Positions 13,710 through 31,497 of a stretch of DNA of 64,000 nt are shown here, piece after piece. The stretch is from positions 496,001 to 560,000 of the forward strand of contig CT868063.1 in NCBI GenBank assembly GCA_000165425.1. The letters are read 5' to 3'. A model generated the notes under the pieces. It searched no databases and was not told where the DNA came from. It was given only the letters and a program-made list of their open reading frames with translations. Numbering within the stretch: the stretch's first letter is position 1; every line of letters begins with the position of its first letter. Source of the DNA: Paramecium tetraurelia (Eukaryota). Made by a program: the position numbers and the translations under genes.

Positions 13710-13798
13710 TTTATATATATAAATGTAGCAGACCTAAAATTGGGGTTTTTATGCAATTCTATTAAATAAAAAATAATATTAAAAATAATAAACAAGAA

Positions 13799-14911
13799 AT
13801 GTTAGCAAAATAATCTATATAAGTAGGAAATTAAGAAAGGTTAAAATATATTTTGGATTATTTGTAAGAAGAAAAAAATATTATTTTATCAAAGTTAGAA
13901 ACACCCTATTTTTCATATTTTATTTTTAATCCTTTCAATACAATCAGTTTAAGATAATTTATTGATTTAATAAATACTGATTAATCATACAAACAATAAG
14001 ATTATATTTCTAATTTCATCCAATAAATAATCAACTTGGTGAATAAAGAATACTTACAATTAAACTAAAAATAATTATAACATAATTAGATAAGTCTAGA
14101 GAATATTTTAATCTATCAATTGAATTCCCATTCTTTTTTAAATATGACTCTAGATGAGATTTAAATAAAATTTTATAATTTCTAAGATACTTTTACCAAA
14201 GATTCAAATGATAAATCGTAAATAAAATCTATAAACACAAAATTAGCAGAACTAAATGATAAAATCAAAATCTAATTTTAAATTAAGCAATTTGGAAATT
14301 AAAAAGGACTTTTAGAAAACTTGCCAGAATAACTAAATCAAAAAAATAGATCTAAAGAAATCAAACTTTCCTATTTGATTAACCCATTTAAGGTTGAATA
14401 TATTAATAAGGTTACTCAACTATTCAATTAAAAACTGAATGAAATAAATAAATCTTCTTTTATGGAAGTGTTACTATGGTAATTACATTATTATCACTCT
14501 TTCTCATAATAAAACTAAGAATAATTATTGTAAACAATATTTAATTGTATGGATATGACCATTAAAATCTATCGAGAAACTCAATCTAGATTAGAAAATA
14601 AATTAGTTTAGGAGACGAAGTTATTTAATTAGTTTTATTAAAGTTTATTCAGACAAAGTCCTGAATATAAGTTAGAAATTGAGGAACTTTATCTAAAATC
14701 AAAAGAAGATTTGAACATCTATCTTGAAAACGAATTTTTTATGCTAATAAAGGATAAATTTCCTGATTTAGTTAAACGGGATCTAAAATCATTTGCTGAT
14801 GATATTTCTCGAAATCTTTGGATGAAAGCTTAAATAAAATTATAAGAAGAATATTTTAAACTAGCTCTAGACTCAATTCTAAACACAATAAAAAGATTTG
14901 ATGACATTTGA
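13799..14911 (+). CDS. Hypothetical protein with degenerate kinase-like N-terminal segment
   Basis: Intronless 370-aa code-6 ORF; HNQISLENILIY...IKFYNF weakly resembles kinase subdomains VIb-VII. Confidence 0.6.
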
Positions 14912-14955
14912 AGTATGTAAAAATAAATTTTGATATTGATTATTATTTTAAATAA

Positions 14956-16156
14956 ATGTATACTCATCATCAATTTAAGGCTTAGTGTGAATTGGTTATT
15001 AGCTAATGTTACTATAAGGAAGGAGTGAACAGGCAAAATCTCTTAAGAGATGAATAGCATTTACTCTTAATGTTATCTAATAGTTATCATCATAATCACT
15101 CAAAAGAACTTCAGCTCATAGATCAACTTCTATAGGATTACAGACATTTATAGATATACATATATTTATAGAAGTAAAAAAATATTATATTTAAGTATTG
15201 TGAAACATGTGGAAAAACATTTGCACGTCATTCTCAATTATTCTCATGATCCATTCTAGATGAATAAAAAATTGACCAAGTAAATAGGAACAATCTAATA
15301 TGCTGGCCATCATATTCATCATTTTCCAGAATTACACTCTTTGGGAAAAATGTTTCGAGAATATTTTGGAATGAATGTTGATTAATTTGAAGTCTGTTCA
15401 TAAATGGTGGAATTATGCTCAGATTTATAACTTCTGAAAAATGTTTATTTAAGCTACTTTTGTAAGAATTACGGATTGATGGCAATCACAGTCTAAAACA
15501 ATGGACATTATTTTACAGATGTCTATAAGACCTATGACTTTTATATACCGGATGAGGATTATGCTCTACCTCCCCCTGGAGGCTATAGTAATATATATCC
15601 AACAACCCAAAATCAATCATTTCCTCCACCATATGGATAAAATGTTAATACATATCCTTAAACATACAATCCCTTGCCACCTCCTGGATAATACCCTCCT
15701 ACAGGCTAATATCCTCAATCAGGACAATACCCTCCTCCAGGATAATACCCTCCAGGATAATACCCTCCAGGACAATACCCTCAAGGACAGTATCCTCCTC
15801 CAGGTCAAATTCCTCCTCCAAATTAATATCCTGGTTAGGGCCAATACCCTCCTCCTCCTTAATAATATCCTAATTAATAACCTACAGGCTATGGTGCCCA
15901 GCCTTATTAATAAGGACAACAACCACCTTATTAATAACCATATAATCCAACCAATTAGCAATACTAGAGTTATCCTTAATAGTAAACCACCTATCCTCCT
16001 CAGTAACCATCTCCTGGCTATCCTACATCAAATGCCTAATAATATAATAATCCAAGCCAATAACAAGGATATCCACCATAACCGCCTTAGGCTGCTTCAT
16101 AACCAAATTATGTTCCTATGCCGCCCCCAGCAAATCAATAGTTTCCTTATAGTTGA
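14956..16156 (+). CDS. IST1-like (ESCRT-III associated) protein with Pro/Tyr/Gln-rich tail
   Basis: FKAQCELVISQC; IGTIQYAGHHIHHFPELHSLGKMFREYFG; YLSYFCKNYG resemble the Ist1 domain; followed by GQYPP repeats. Confidence 0.6.
15680..15870 (+). repeat. Coding tandem repeat of 15/18-nt units encoding GQYP(P/Q)(P)
   Basis: ggataataccctcca / ggacaataccctcct units repeated about 9 times, imperfect. Confidence 0.9.
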
Positions 16157-17041
16157 AACATAATATATATTTGCATCTAAAACAGCATAATCTAATTATA
16201 TATTAATTATCTTTTGAAAGTATTAACTATTCAATGATTAAAATAAGTACAAAAGACTTTAGTATGTGTGAGCATATTAATCTTATTCTAAAGTAGTTTA
16301 TAATTTCAAATTCTGAATTGGTTATCCAATTTAGAAATCTTAAATGGAGAATTATTTTATATTCAAAGGTAAAAGAAAAAGATTCTGTAATTATTTATGA
16401 AAGGACTTTAAGAATAAATTTAAATCATAAAATGATTGAGCATTCTCTAAAAGATTTAAAGGATACCTATACTCTAATTAATTTAAAAGGTATTGCGATT
16501 TTGCTAATTCTATGTTTTTAAGATTTATAACACTGATAGTTAGGTAAGATTAGGAATATTTAATTAAGGATTTTTTAAGGTAATTACTATTATTCTTATA
16601 TCAAATGAAAAATAGTACTTGGATCCAAAAAACATTGTCTAAATTATAAAATTGTTATTGCTCTTGATTTTGATAACTAAATAATCTTCATTATTAGAGC
16701 AAATGGGATCGGATTATCAAATAAATATAATTGTCGTTTATATCTCATGATTCATACTCCTTTAAAATTACAGTTGATTCTCATTAATCTATAATATAGG
16801 TTTGAAATTAAAAATATTTAGTAAAGAATAGAATTTACTGTTCAATATTTGATTAAAAAAAAAAAGTCGTTATTTATTTTTAAATTATTTAGATAAGCGT
16901 AGAGATTATATGAATAAAGAATTGGTTTTTAAAGATACGGTAATTAGAAGTTTCTTATATTTAATTTTGAACTTTGATCAAGGATAATTAAATTTGATTT
17001 TCAAGTGAGAATAATTATACACATTTAAAATTAATAAATAG

Positions 17042-18158
17042 TCAATTTTAGATGTTCTTAATCTTCTTCCCCTCTATCCATTCTCCTTTTTTTATTGATC
17101 CATCTAATAAGATATATTGCCCTCTACCATGCTGTTTTCCACTTACCCAGTCTCCTTCATATTTTCTGCCATCAGCCCAAGTATAAACTCCATAACCATG
17201 TTTCTTATCGTTGATGTACCCTCCTTTATAAGATCTCCCATCTTGCCAAGTGTAATGTCCTTATCCATGCATATTATTATTTAGCCACTCTCCTTCATAT
17301 CTTCGTCCATCACTCCATTAATATATTCCCTTTCCACTGATCTAATTGTTATCCCAATCTCCATCATAGTAACTGCCATCATTCCAAATATACTTCCCTT
17401 TGCCATGCTTCTTTCCTTGACAGTACTACCCTTCGTATTTAGAACCATCCGCCCCTATAATCATAATCTAATTATAAATTACAAGTTTCTACTCCAAATC
17501 CATGTTGCAAGTCATTTAGCCATTCCCCTTCATACTTCGCTCCATTAGCATGTGTGTATATGCCAAAACCGCAAGCCTTATCTTCAACCCAGGTTCCTTC
17601 GAAAACATCTCCATCCACATGAAAAAATTTTCCTTTGCCATGAGCCATATTATTTTTCCACTATCCAACAAATTTGGCCCCATCATTCCATAATTATGTA
17701 CCTTGTCCATCCCTAGAATTTCCAATCCATTCTCCTTCATATATTGCTCCACTCTTGTACTTAAAAGGAGGCCTTTGTTCTCTTGTTTTTGAATTGCTAT
17801 GTTATTGAGCATAATCTTTATCGCTGCTAAAATACTTATTTGCTGTTGGAGGAGCACTTGCCATCTCATTTGTTCCAATTGACTTTTTTTATATTTTTTT
17901 TCTAACAACATAACCTCTCCAATAGGCTTGAATTAAAATGGCCGCTTTAACCTTCTTAGTTTTACCTCCATGATCGCCACTTATATTAGAAACTCTTTAT
18001 TTGCTGGTCTATGATAGCTGAAAAATATTTTACTTGGCTTTATTATTAGCTAGTTCTATAGGCCTAAATACTTAAAATCATTAATATACTTATTGCTCAA
18101 CTGTTAGCTCTCTTCCGTCAGGTTTTTAACATGATTAACAGTTATTACATTATCCCAT
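17042..18158 (-). CDS. MORN-repeat protein with IQ motif and putative N-terminal acylation
   Basis: MGQCNNCQSC; AAILIQAYWRGYVVRK; repeated YEGEW..HG.G...W.DG..Y.G. Confidence 0.92.
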
Positions 18159-18519
18159 TTTAGATTTTAAATTTTATATAATTTTTTTACAATTACTGAA
18201 GAAGGAGAAATGCTTTAGGATCATTACAAGGGCAAGATTCAAAATCAGATGATCTAGAAATTAATTAAGTAATAAAGTTAAGAAGAAATGGATTAATTTT
18301 TATTCATTTGTTAAGTATATATATTCAAAAATTAATTACTTATTATAACAAAACTTGAAAATTTTAGAAATACTCTTCTTAGTTCATTTATCAACTCAAA
18401 TTGTATACAATATATTACTATATTTATTTTAATTGGACTTTGATTATAATGCAGTATTGAACTTTTCAATTAAAGACTTAGTACGAAAACTGCTTTAAAT
18501 AAATAAATTAAATTAAATT

Positions 18520-19604
18520 TCAATTGGGATGTTCTATATTTATACTTTCTATCTAACATTTTAACTCCTTCATATCCTCCTATATCATATCAAAGTTGGG
18601 TTAATGTTAGTAATACTAAAAATTAATGGGACTATAGTCTAATATTTTTCTATGTTAATAAAATGGGGAATTATCTTATTCCTCCATCCCTCCGAATTGC
18701 TTAGAATCAAATGAATCTAGATATAAATGATAAAAGACGACCTTAAATCAAATTAATGGAAGGTTGTATACGATGAGATGGTGTTTAATTTATCAGCAAT
18801 GAATCGTTTTTTGTATTGTCATGCTCCTCTTTTAGACTCTATATAGTTTCTAAGGGTTGGTATATAGGCTAAGAAACATTCAGTGTCGAATTTGGAACTA
18901 TTTTTTGTGGTTGCTCTGGTTCCGATTCCATTGATCGATCATTGTCCTCATCATCTGATCTTTCATCTAACATATGTACTCTTTTTATATAAGAGTAAAA
19001 TCGATTCTTCACTTAGTTTTCCTAATGATAGGTCCTCACTGTACTGGTCTTCGATTTAACATCTTTGCGATCTCGCTCCACTTAGGACCGTATATTCGAT
19101 ATTGTTCTAAAATGATTTGATCTTCCTATAAAGTGAATTTTTCTCTATTTATTTCAGGATCCAAATTATTTAAGAACCTTTCTCTTATCTATTTACTTGA
19201 ACGCCCTTCCATAAGCCCTTCAATCAGCTTCCAATTGCGACCGTGCTCATTAACTAGCCTTAGAACTTCTTGGTCTTCAAAATCTGTCCACTATTTTCGA
19301 AGTTTAGTCAAAAAATAGATGCAAAAATACTTTATTTGGATTAATTCTCTTCCATCTTTATTAACACTAGCTAAGATTTCTTCCTGGAATGCCCTCAGCA
19401 ATTAATTTCCAGTTTCCGTTATGCCTAATGTGCAATTCCATTAATAAAGAATCCTCATTTGGTTTCCAAAATTTGCCATATCTCTTCTCAGAAGAACTTG
19501 AATCAGAGTCCTTACTCTGCTTATGAATAGCTTTAGCAATCTGAGGTGATCTATAACAAGTTAAATTTTTAATGATACATGGATGATGTTTGTTTTCTAC
19601 TCAT
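18520..19604 (-). CDS. Three-repeat (3R) Myb transcription factor
   Basis: WKPNED..NWKLIAEGIPGRNLSQCQQRW; WTDFED..GRSSKQIRERFLNNLDP; FTLQED..GPKWSEIAKML..ENQVKNRFYS. Confidence 0.92.
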
Positions 19605-21676
19605 AATTGTATTTTTTAATTAATATAATTAAACAAATATAAACTATTATTAAGATATACTAAAAAATGTATTACTAAAACTCTCAATCTATAATAGATT
19701 GGCATCATATAAAAACCAATACCAATTAAGAAATACTCAAATTATAACTAAAATACCATACATCAATACATTAATAAGCATAAAATGTATTGTATCATAA
19801 TCTTATGCATTTCTATAAGTTATTCATAAAGAATGAATACATATTAAAGAAAATTAAATGAATAAAATTAATTAGTAAAATTAATCACTTCTTTCTTTAA
19901 TTCCTGAACTTTAATATTGAATTTCTTTACTGTCATGTAATAAATTGATAAGAAACACTTCTTATATGCTACGGTTTTAGATGCTTACAAAATCGAAATT
20001 TAATTAAATTTATCGTAAAAACCAATTATAAAACTATATATATATAATATAATTATAACAATCTGAAAAATAATTCGCTAATCGTGGGCCCCTTTATAGT
20101 TTTTATTTGATTTTATAACGCATTAAGATTGTTAATACAAATATTTAATTATACAACAAAGCAAAGTTTCTTGCAGTATTGTAGTTTTAAATATTTATAA
20201 TTTTCTTTTAACAATTGAACTCTAAATAATTAATTGAAGAGGTTGAATGTTGAGTTGAAGTTAAGTAATCCTCAAACTTGACTTAATGTATTTAACTAAA
20301 TGTTTATTCTTTGGTGTAAAAAAATAGTAAAGAATATTCTGAAAATACATTCTATATATTGTTTCTGTTGTGTTTGAGTATAGATCTAAGGTTTAGTATT
20401 AACAAAATAATTTTGGTGTAAATTTATTTTTACAAATTAGACATTTTTTGATATTCAAAAATTAATAAATAATTGCTTTTTGAATTTTATGTTTAAGAAT
20501 TTAAACCTACTATTTATTAAATCTTATGGGTAGGCTAATGGTTCTTTTTGAATTTTGAATTAGTTTTATTATTTTCCCTCAAAAATCTCTGATTTTTAGA
20601 AAATAATATGATCGAACACGATCTATGCCAATTTACAAGCTATTTCTTAATATTTAAGACATTATTCAGAGTAAATGATTTCAAAATGAGAATCAAGGAT
20701 AAAATATTAATTATTTGTTTTAACAAACTCAACTAATTTTTTCAGCAATTATTAAATATATAACATCCTGATTTTTGTATAAGTGGAAAATTTACACATA
20801 GGATTTAGGTATTAAATCAAAGGCTATTTTTGGATTAATTCATCAAAAATTGCCTCGTAAAAAAATGGTTTGATAATTCTCAATTTTTTGAAAATCTTGT
20901 ATAATTTCAACTTTAAATAATTCATAGATGAACTTATATCTCTTTATTTCAGGAAGTACCTTAGTTTTTTAATTGTTGGCTAAAATCATTGCCTCATAAT
21001 TCTCATTTTATATCTTCCTTTTTTATTATTATACTATAATGTGAGTCGATTTGACAATGTAAATGGAGTATTTAGTTAATTACTCTTTTGGAAATTAGAT
21101 TAAATACATGAGGATCATAATAAGTCTTAATTATATTAGATATTCAAATAACAACTTTAATTATATATTTTCTTTTATTTAAAAAAATGCAAACGAAGAA
21201 ATTTCATATCAAAACTTATATAAAAATGTATTTCATTTTTGTTAAAAATACGATTTGAAAAATTGTTTCATATCATAATTTATAAATAACTGTATTATAT
21301 CAAAATAAAATTATTAGTCTACTATGAAACTTCAGAGTTGAAAGAAATGATTAAATTTAGTGTCAATATTTGATTATATACTGTAAAATTAATTTGAAAT
21401 TCTAAAAATTAGAGATTTGAGCAAATTAACGTTTTATAGCGAATGATAAAAAAATATTGTGTGAGGAAGGCAGAAATATGGAATTTATAAAATAAAAGAA
21501 AGATTTCTTAATAACTGCATTATATTTAAGAAATTTCATATTTACTTATAAATATATTATAATTATAGTATAAATGGATAAAATCCAGTGAGTATTGAAT
21601 ATAATTCTAATTTATACACATTCATAATCAGTTTTTTGATCTATTATGAGTTATATTTTATTTAATATACTTAAAC

Positions 21677-22137
21677 ATGCTTCATTAGACTTCAGAATCT
21701 CCTCATAAATAGACCTCAAAACGATTTGCCTTGAAAAAAGAAATACCAATTTTAAAACAATTTCGAAAAATTTACAAACAATATAATTAAAAACCTCATC
21801 CTCACTTAATCTAAAAAGAGACTACAAAATAATAAATAAAATTAGCAGAATTAGAAGTTGAGCGTCTTTCGAATTCTCTCACACTCAACTTTGATATCTT
21901 TTCAAATAGAAAAATCCAAAATGATTAAAATAAATCTAGCAATGATGATTCTGAATATTCACCATTTTCGTAAAACACTTTTAGCGAAGAAACAATATTA
22001 AAAGAACAACACTAAAAAGAATTAGATTTTAACATGCTTTATTAAATTTATTTAGAGAAGTAATTTACAGAAGGTAATAGCAATAATTTACATTAGATAA
22101 GAAATAAAGATGTTTAGAATGGCTATCGAAAATTTGA
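21677..22137 (+). CDS. Hypothetical protein
   Basis: Code-6 ORF MLHQTSESPHK... with one 23-nt intron; ends DKKQRCLEWLSKI*. Confidence 0.65.
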
Positions 22138-22738
22138 GCCAAAAAATTATAGAACGTTTAGGCATTATCAAAATTACTATATCATTACCACGAAATTGAT
22201 AATCTGTAGTAGGTTGATGAGTGGAGTATTAGTGATTTTTATAATGCTTATTCTAGTATATTAAATCTTATCTCTTTATTTTTGAACTCATAAACTGATT
22301 CACAATTAACGATGAAAATTAATTAAGCATTGCAAATTCCGTTCTAATCGAGCAATTTATAGTATTATAAAATGATATTTTGAAGTGAGAATATAATTAT
22401 ATTGTTATTTTCTGGTCTGGTATACTAGGATAAGAATGTGGATTGAAAAAAACCTTCCAAGTTGATTTAACCAATTGCAATTATCACAAATTAAAATAAA
22501 TTGCATATATATTAAATTTAATCTAATAAATTATGTTATGACATAAAATTAATCAATGTGTAATGGTTTACTAAATTCAATCAATTAATAATAAATCATA
22601 AATTAATCAATTTTCTTATTTTATTAAGTTGTATTAAATATCTTTACACAAAATTAGGTATCAAACACTTGAACTGAAGATGTAGACTTATAATATTTTA
22701 AAATAGTATAGAAATGAATGTTATTGCAAAATAAGTGA

Positions 22739-23122
22739 TCAAATTTTGAAATCGTCGTCATCTCTGCTCATTCTTCTTTGCAATGCAACATTCTAAGGTG
22801 TAGTTGGAATGCCAAATTTATAAATTGGTGAGAATTCATCAATATCATCATCTTGCACATTTGCATGACTCATTCGTTAATCAAGAATGAATTATTGTAG
22901 TATTTGTTATTGTTACTGGTGCTACTGAATAACTCTAAGTAGTAAATTTTGATCAATCTTTTTTTGAGTTGGTTATGGATTTGGATTTTTCTTTGTCTTT
23001 TCAATTTTTTTTTTTACTTCATTTGGAGCTATTTTCTCCTTGAGAACTTCTTTTTTTGCTTCCTTTTATTTTTACCTATAATTTTTATAAACAATAAAAG
23101 GCTCATTTTAATTAGAAGCCAT
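22739..23122 (-). CDS. Hypothetical protein (127 aa)
   Basis: Code-6 ORF MASNQNEPFIVYKN...IPTTPQNVALQRRMSRDDDDFKI*. Confidence 0.7.
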
Positions 23123-23232
23123 TCCTGAATTCTTTATTAATTATATTATTTTATTTTATATTTCTATAATACATATTTATAGCATTATTTTCATCATTTA
23201 TTAATCATTATATTAATAACTGTATATAAAAT

Positions 23233-25512
<2,280 letters not shown>

Positions 25513-25631
25513 TTTTACATTTCTAATTATATGACATTTCGATTTTTTAAATTCTGATTATAATATTTTTTACATTTCTAGTTATATCAGATTTTTTATT
25601 AGGAATTTAGATTATAAAAAATAATTAAATA

Positions 25632-27466
<1,835 letters not shown>

Positions 27467-27678
27467 TTATTTACATTTTTTATGTTTTTTATTAAACCAT
27501 TATATAATTAATTATTTATTCTATTATAATTTTCTTGACCTAAATTATCTATAAGGGATTCACATTATTTCCACCATTTAGTATAATAAATTTCTGGTTC
27601 ATAGAGATAATAGTTTTGAAGTAAATTATAAGATGAAAAAATAATAATTATGGATATATTCGATATTTTTGAATAATA

Positions 27679-29700
27679 TCATTTTTCTGTAAAACTTTAA
27701 TTGGAGATATATCTAATATCCTCTTCTTTTCCATGTTCATCATCCCGACAAATATATGCGTATATTTCATTTGGAGATATCATAGTATCACTTACCCTGT
27801 TTTTCAAAAGCTCCTTAAAAGTGATTTAAGCAATACTGAAATTAAAAATTCGATTGATCAAATGGCATAGAAGAATTTTTAACAATAAAGTATTATAATT
27901 TATTTAAGGCTACAAACCAAATTTCTATTCTGTTTATAAAAATTTGAGTGTCAGTTATAACAACTTTCTAAATCCATTTCTTAAGAATTCGTCAGAACAA
28001 CATTTATATAGATATGAGTTTTCATCGATATAACTTTGAAAACAACTATTATCTTCTTATAGTTGTTTTCGTATTTCTTCATCAATATTTTCTTCATTTT
28101 TAAATTTTTGACATTAATCATAAAATTATTTATTTAGATTAGGTGCCAAATCTTTAATTTTTTGTGCAATTGAGTTTTTTAAAATCATTACTTAACTCTC
28201 GCTTTAGAAATCCTTCCATTTCTGTAAAGATTCATTAGTGCATCTCCAAGGACAGACATCTTCCTTTAGTTTATTTTATAATTCAACTAAAACTAGGTAG
28301 GCCATTTTTCTTAAGAAATAAGCTAAAAGATGCTCTAATTTATATTTTTTTTTTTTTCCCAATTCAACTACAAATTCATCAGCACATTTCTCTAAAAAAG
28401 TGGATCTAAATAATTCCATTCTTATGTTAGACCAGATTTCGTAAAATTTAGATTGCTTTTAATAGAATTTATACTTACATTAAGATCTTATATTTGATAT
28501 ATAAAAGAATTTTCGATGTATTCTGATTTAATTATTTCAGGTGGCCATTTATCTCTAGAAGTAGTTCCTGGAATTTGAATTGATTAACTTGCTAAATTGC
28601 TTTTGAGCTCTAAATATGGAATCCTAAAGTAATAAATCTTATAATTTTCTTACTGGATTGAATGTTCTGGTGTTGTAGAATTAGGTGGGGTTACTTGTCT
28701 AGTTCTTTATGTTGCTATATGAGATTATTGTTTTTATAGGTCTTTCGTTTCTACATAGCTATTTGAGAGAGATCCTATTTATTAATTCACCCAGTCGCTT
28801 TGGAGATTTGTATAAAATGTAAGGTATTCCTATTATTTAGCAAGGTTCAAGCTTTTAATAAAGCTATTTTCATAAATTTATTTAAAAGAGAATCTATCCT
28901 AAGGTTTGTAGGTTAAAAGTCCTTGAATAAATTGGCAGAACTCTTCAGGATATCTATCAGTTTTTGCATTTATCCAACCCTAACCCTAACCCTGCATCTA
29001 AATTTTTAAATATTCCGAGTATTCCTTGATATCATTCAAAACCATGATTTTGACTCTATTTTCCTCTACTATATGTGATATAGGTCTCAATTTAGCTAAA
29101 TGAAATAGTACTGCTCCCAATAGCCAAGAATCAACTTTGATATCGTAATTGGATTCAATTGGTTCTAAATTAAATTTAAAAATAGCTACAATTTTCTACA
29201 AATTTCTCAATAATTTCAGGTGGGGCAATTAGATCTAAATTTGCTGTTAGAAATTTTGGACCAAATCCAAAATCCATGAATACAATTTAACCATCACATA
29301 CCATAATATTTTTAGTGGAAAATACTCTACCTAAGATTTATTTTTAATGAAGCTAATATAATGTTTCAAGAATTTATGTTAAATAAAGTTTGATTGTATC
29401 TAGCTTAATAGATTATTTTTTTCCTCTAAAACTTTATATTTCTTTATCTAATGTTTGCCCTTCTAGAAATTTAAACAGATAATATTTTTTATTTTGATGC
29501 ATAATTTACTCAACGAAATGTCTAACAGAATTGCAATTAATTAGTAAGCTTTCCTCATCTTTAAGCACTTAATCTTTAAATTCTGATGAGAAATCATAAG
29601 CATAAAAAGTTTCCTTTCTTTGATCTGATTCTTCTTCCATCTGGTACAAAGTCCCACTATTAGTTTCTGACAATTAAAATTTCAAGCTGAATCTACTCAT
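27679..29700 (-). CDS. Pseudokinase-like protein with long C-terminal helical region
   Basis: LHQKQILGRVFSTKNIMV (no HRD), MDFGFG, IAPPE, YDIKVDSWLLGAVL; ends ...SNQSFTEK*. Confidence 0.75.
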
Positions 29701-29916
29701 TACTTAGAAAGAATTAAAGTTATTTTAGATAATAAATATTATCCGAATTGCAGGATTTATTTTGCTTAAAAATTAAAAATGAAAGTATTATTGAAAATCA
29801 TTGATTTTAGTTTATTCTATTTGGATGGAGGAAGGTCGTAACCAAAAAAATTGATCTCTAAAATAAAAATATATAAAATTAAATGAATAATATAATTAAT
29901 ATAATATATATATAAT

Positions 29917-30975
29917 ATGCAAGCTAATCCAATATGCCCTTAGCCTGAAGCACAATATTTAGATAATTATGACAATTTCGAAGAGGTTAAAGCTACTTTT
30001 CAATGTCTTTAAAATATCCATTAACCACTTGAACCAGAGGCAACATTTTTTTTGATACGTGCTCCAACAAAAGATAATGTTCATCGAGCAATCAAATATG
30101 GGATTTGGACGAGGTATATAATTATATGAAGGTAGTTCGAGTCGAAATAATAAAAAACTGAATGATGCTCCTCGTCCTGTGTATCTCTTATTCAATGTTA
30201 CACAAACTTCTCATTTTATTGGATTAGCCAAAATAGTCTCTGAATTTAGGGATAAAAAGCATTTCAAGTATTGGGCTGAAGAAAATAAATGGTTTGGATC
30301 TTTTCAAATAGAATGGGTATTAATCAAAGACATAAAAGGTTTTTGTCAGAGACTTACCATATAAGGAACTCAGTACCATTACATAATCATGTGGAAAGTA
30401 TATTCATGAACTGATAGATTGTACTCAAATTGAAAATGCTGAATAAATTTACAATGCATTTTAACAACAACCCCAAAAAAGTTGTTTGCTAAGCAGCTTC
30501 AAGGAATTAGATATTTCTGAAGTACTACATTTAATTGATTGTTTTAAGAAAAGAAAAAGAAATGATAGAGATACAAACCCTAACTTTGATATTTCATTTT
30601 AAGAATATATCTCCGTTTTTGAATAAATGCCTTTCTCTTTCTCAGTTACTTCTTACTAAAGAAGAAAACAATAATAATATTAAAATTAGTACTTATAATA
30701 ATGCCAGTATTATTATTAAAGCCCTTGGTCTGGTGTAGGTATATCTATAATTGATAATCCTAGCATAACCTACATTTTGGAATTCTTAAGCATAAACTTA
30801 TATGCCATAATAATAATAACAGCAACAATAATAATAATAGCAATAATAGAAAGTATCAAATAATAATGCAGGATTTTATTAAACATAGAATTATAATAGG
30901 CCACAAACTAAACATTTATAAAAAAAATAGGTTCAAAATAAGCATACTAATTAAGAGAGTTCATAAAAATAATGA
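29917..30975 (+). CDS. YTH-domain protein (m6A-reader family) with Gln-rich tail
   Basis: FFLIRAPTKDNVHRAIKYGIWTSS..NNKKL..VYLLFNV..SHFIGLA..YWAEENKWFGSFQIEWVFVRDLP. Confidence 0.9.
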
Positions 30976-31497
30976 TATTTAATATATAATTTATATTATG
31001 TTAAATAAATCATTAAGAGATTTAGTCTTAATCTAATGAACATTAAGAAAATCTAAATAATTAGAGCAAGCGAATATTCAGTATTCTCAAATTTGGAAAA
31101 TCCTTTAAGTAGAGTTAACGAATGAATAAAAGTTATTATGATAATATATCTTTAGTTAAAAAATGAAATCAATTAGTTGAAATAAAAGAAGAAAGAAATT
31201 AAACAGATAGAATTCTTATACAACAGATACTCAAAAGATGGTTTTAAAATAAGAAAATCGAGAAGAATTAATTAATCAAATTAGACATATCGTAAGGTCT
31301 GTGTAATCATTAAATTCACCTTAATAGTAATATATATATTAATTTTACAAATAAAAAAACTCTATTCTGTAAGAATTTTACACTTCTACTTAATTATAAA
31401 CAAAGACTGTAAATTTTTATTAAAATTTATTAGTTATGTTACAAAGAAGAATTTAAAGAATAAATGAATGGTTTGGGTGATTAAATAATATTAATGG

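Noticed and set aside
15680..15870. Regular short repeats as a CRISPR-like array
   Set aside because: No unique spacers, units are codon multiples inside a CDS, and the context is eukaryotic with no cas genes.
15501..16163. Track ORFs of 220 aa (+) and 80 aa (-) over the repeat
   Set aside because: Off-frame and antisense shadows of the GQYPP repeat; the real frame contains TAA/TAG Gln codons.
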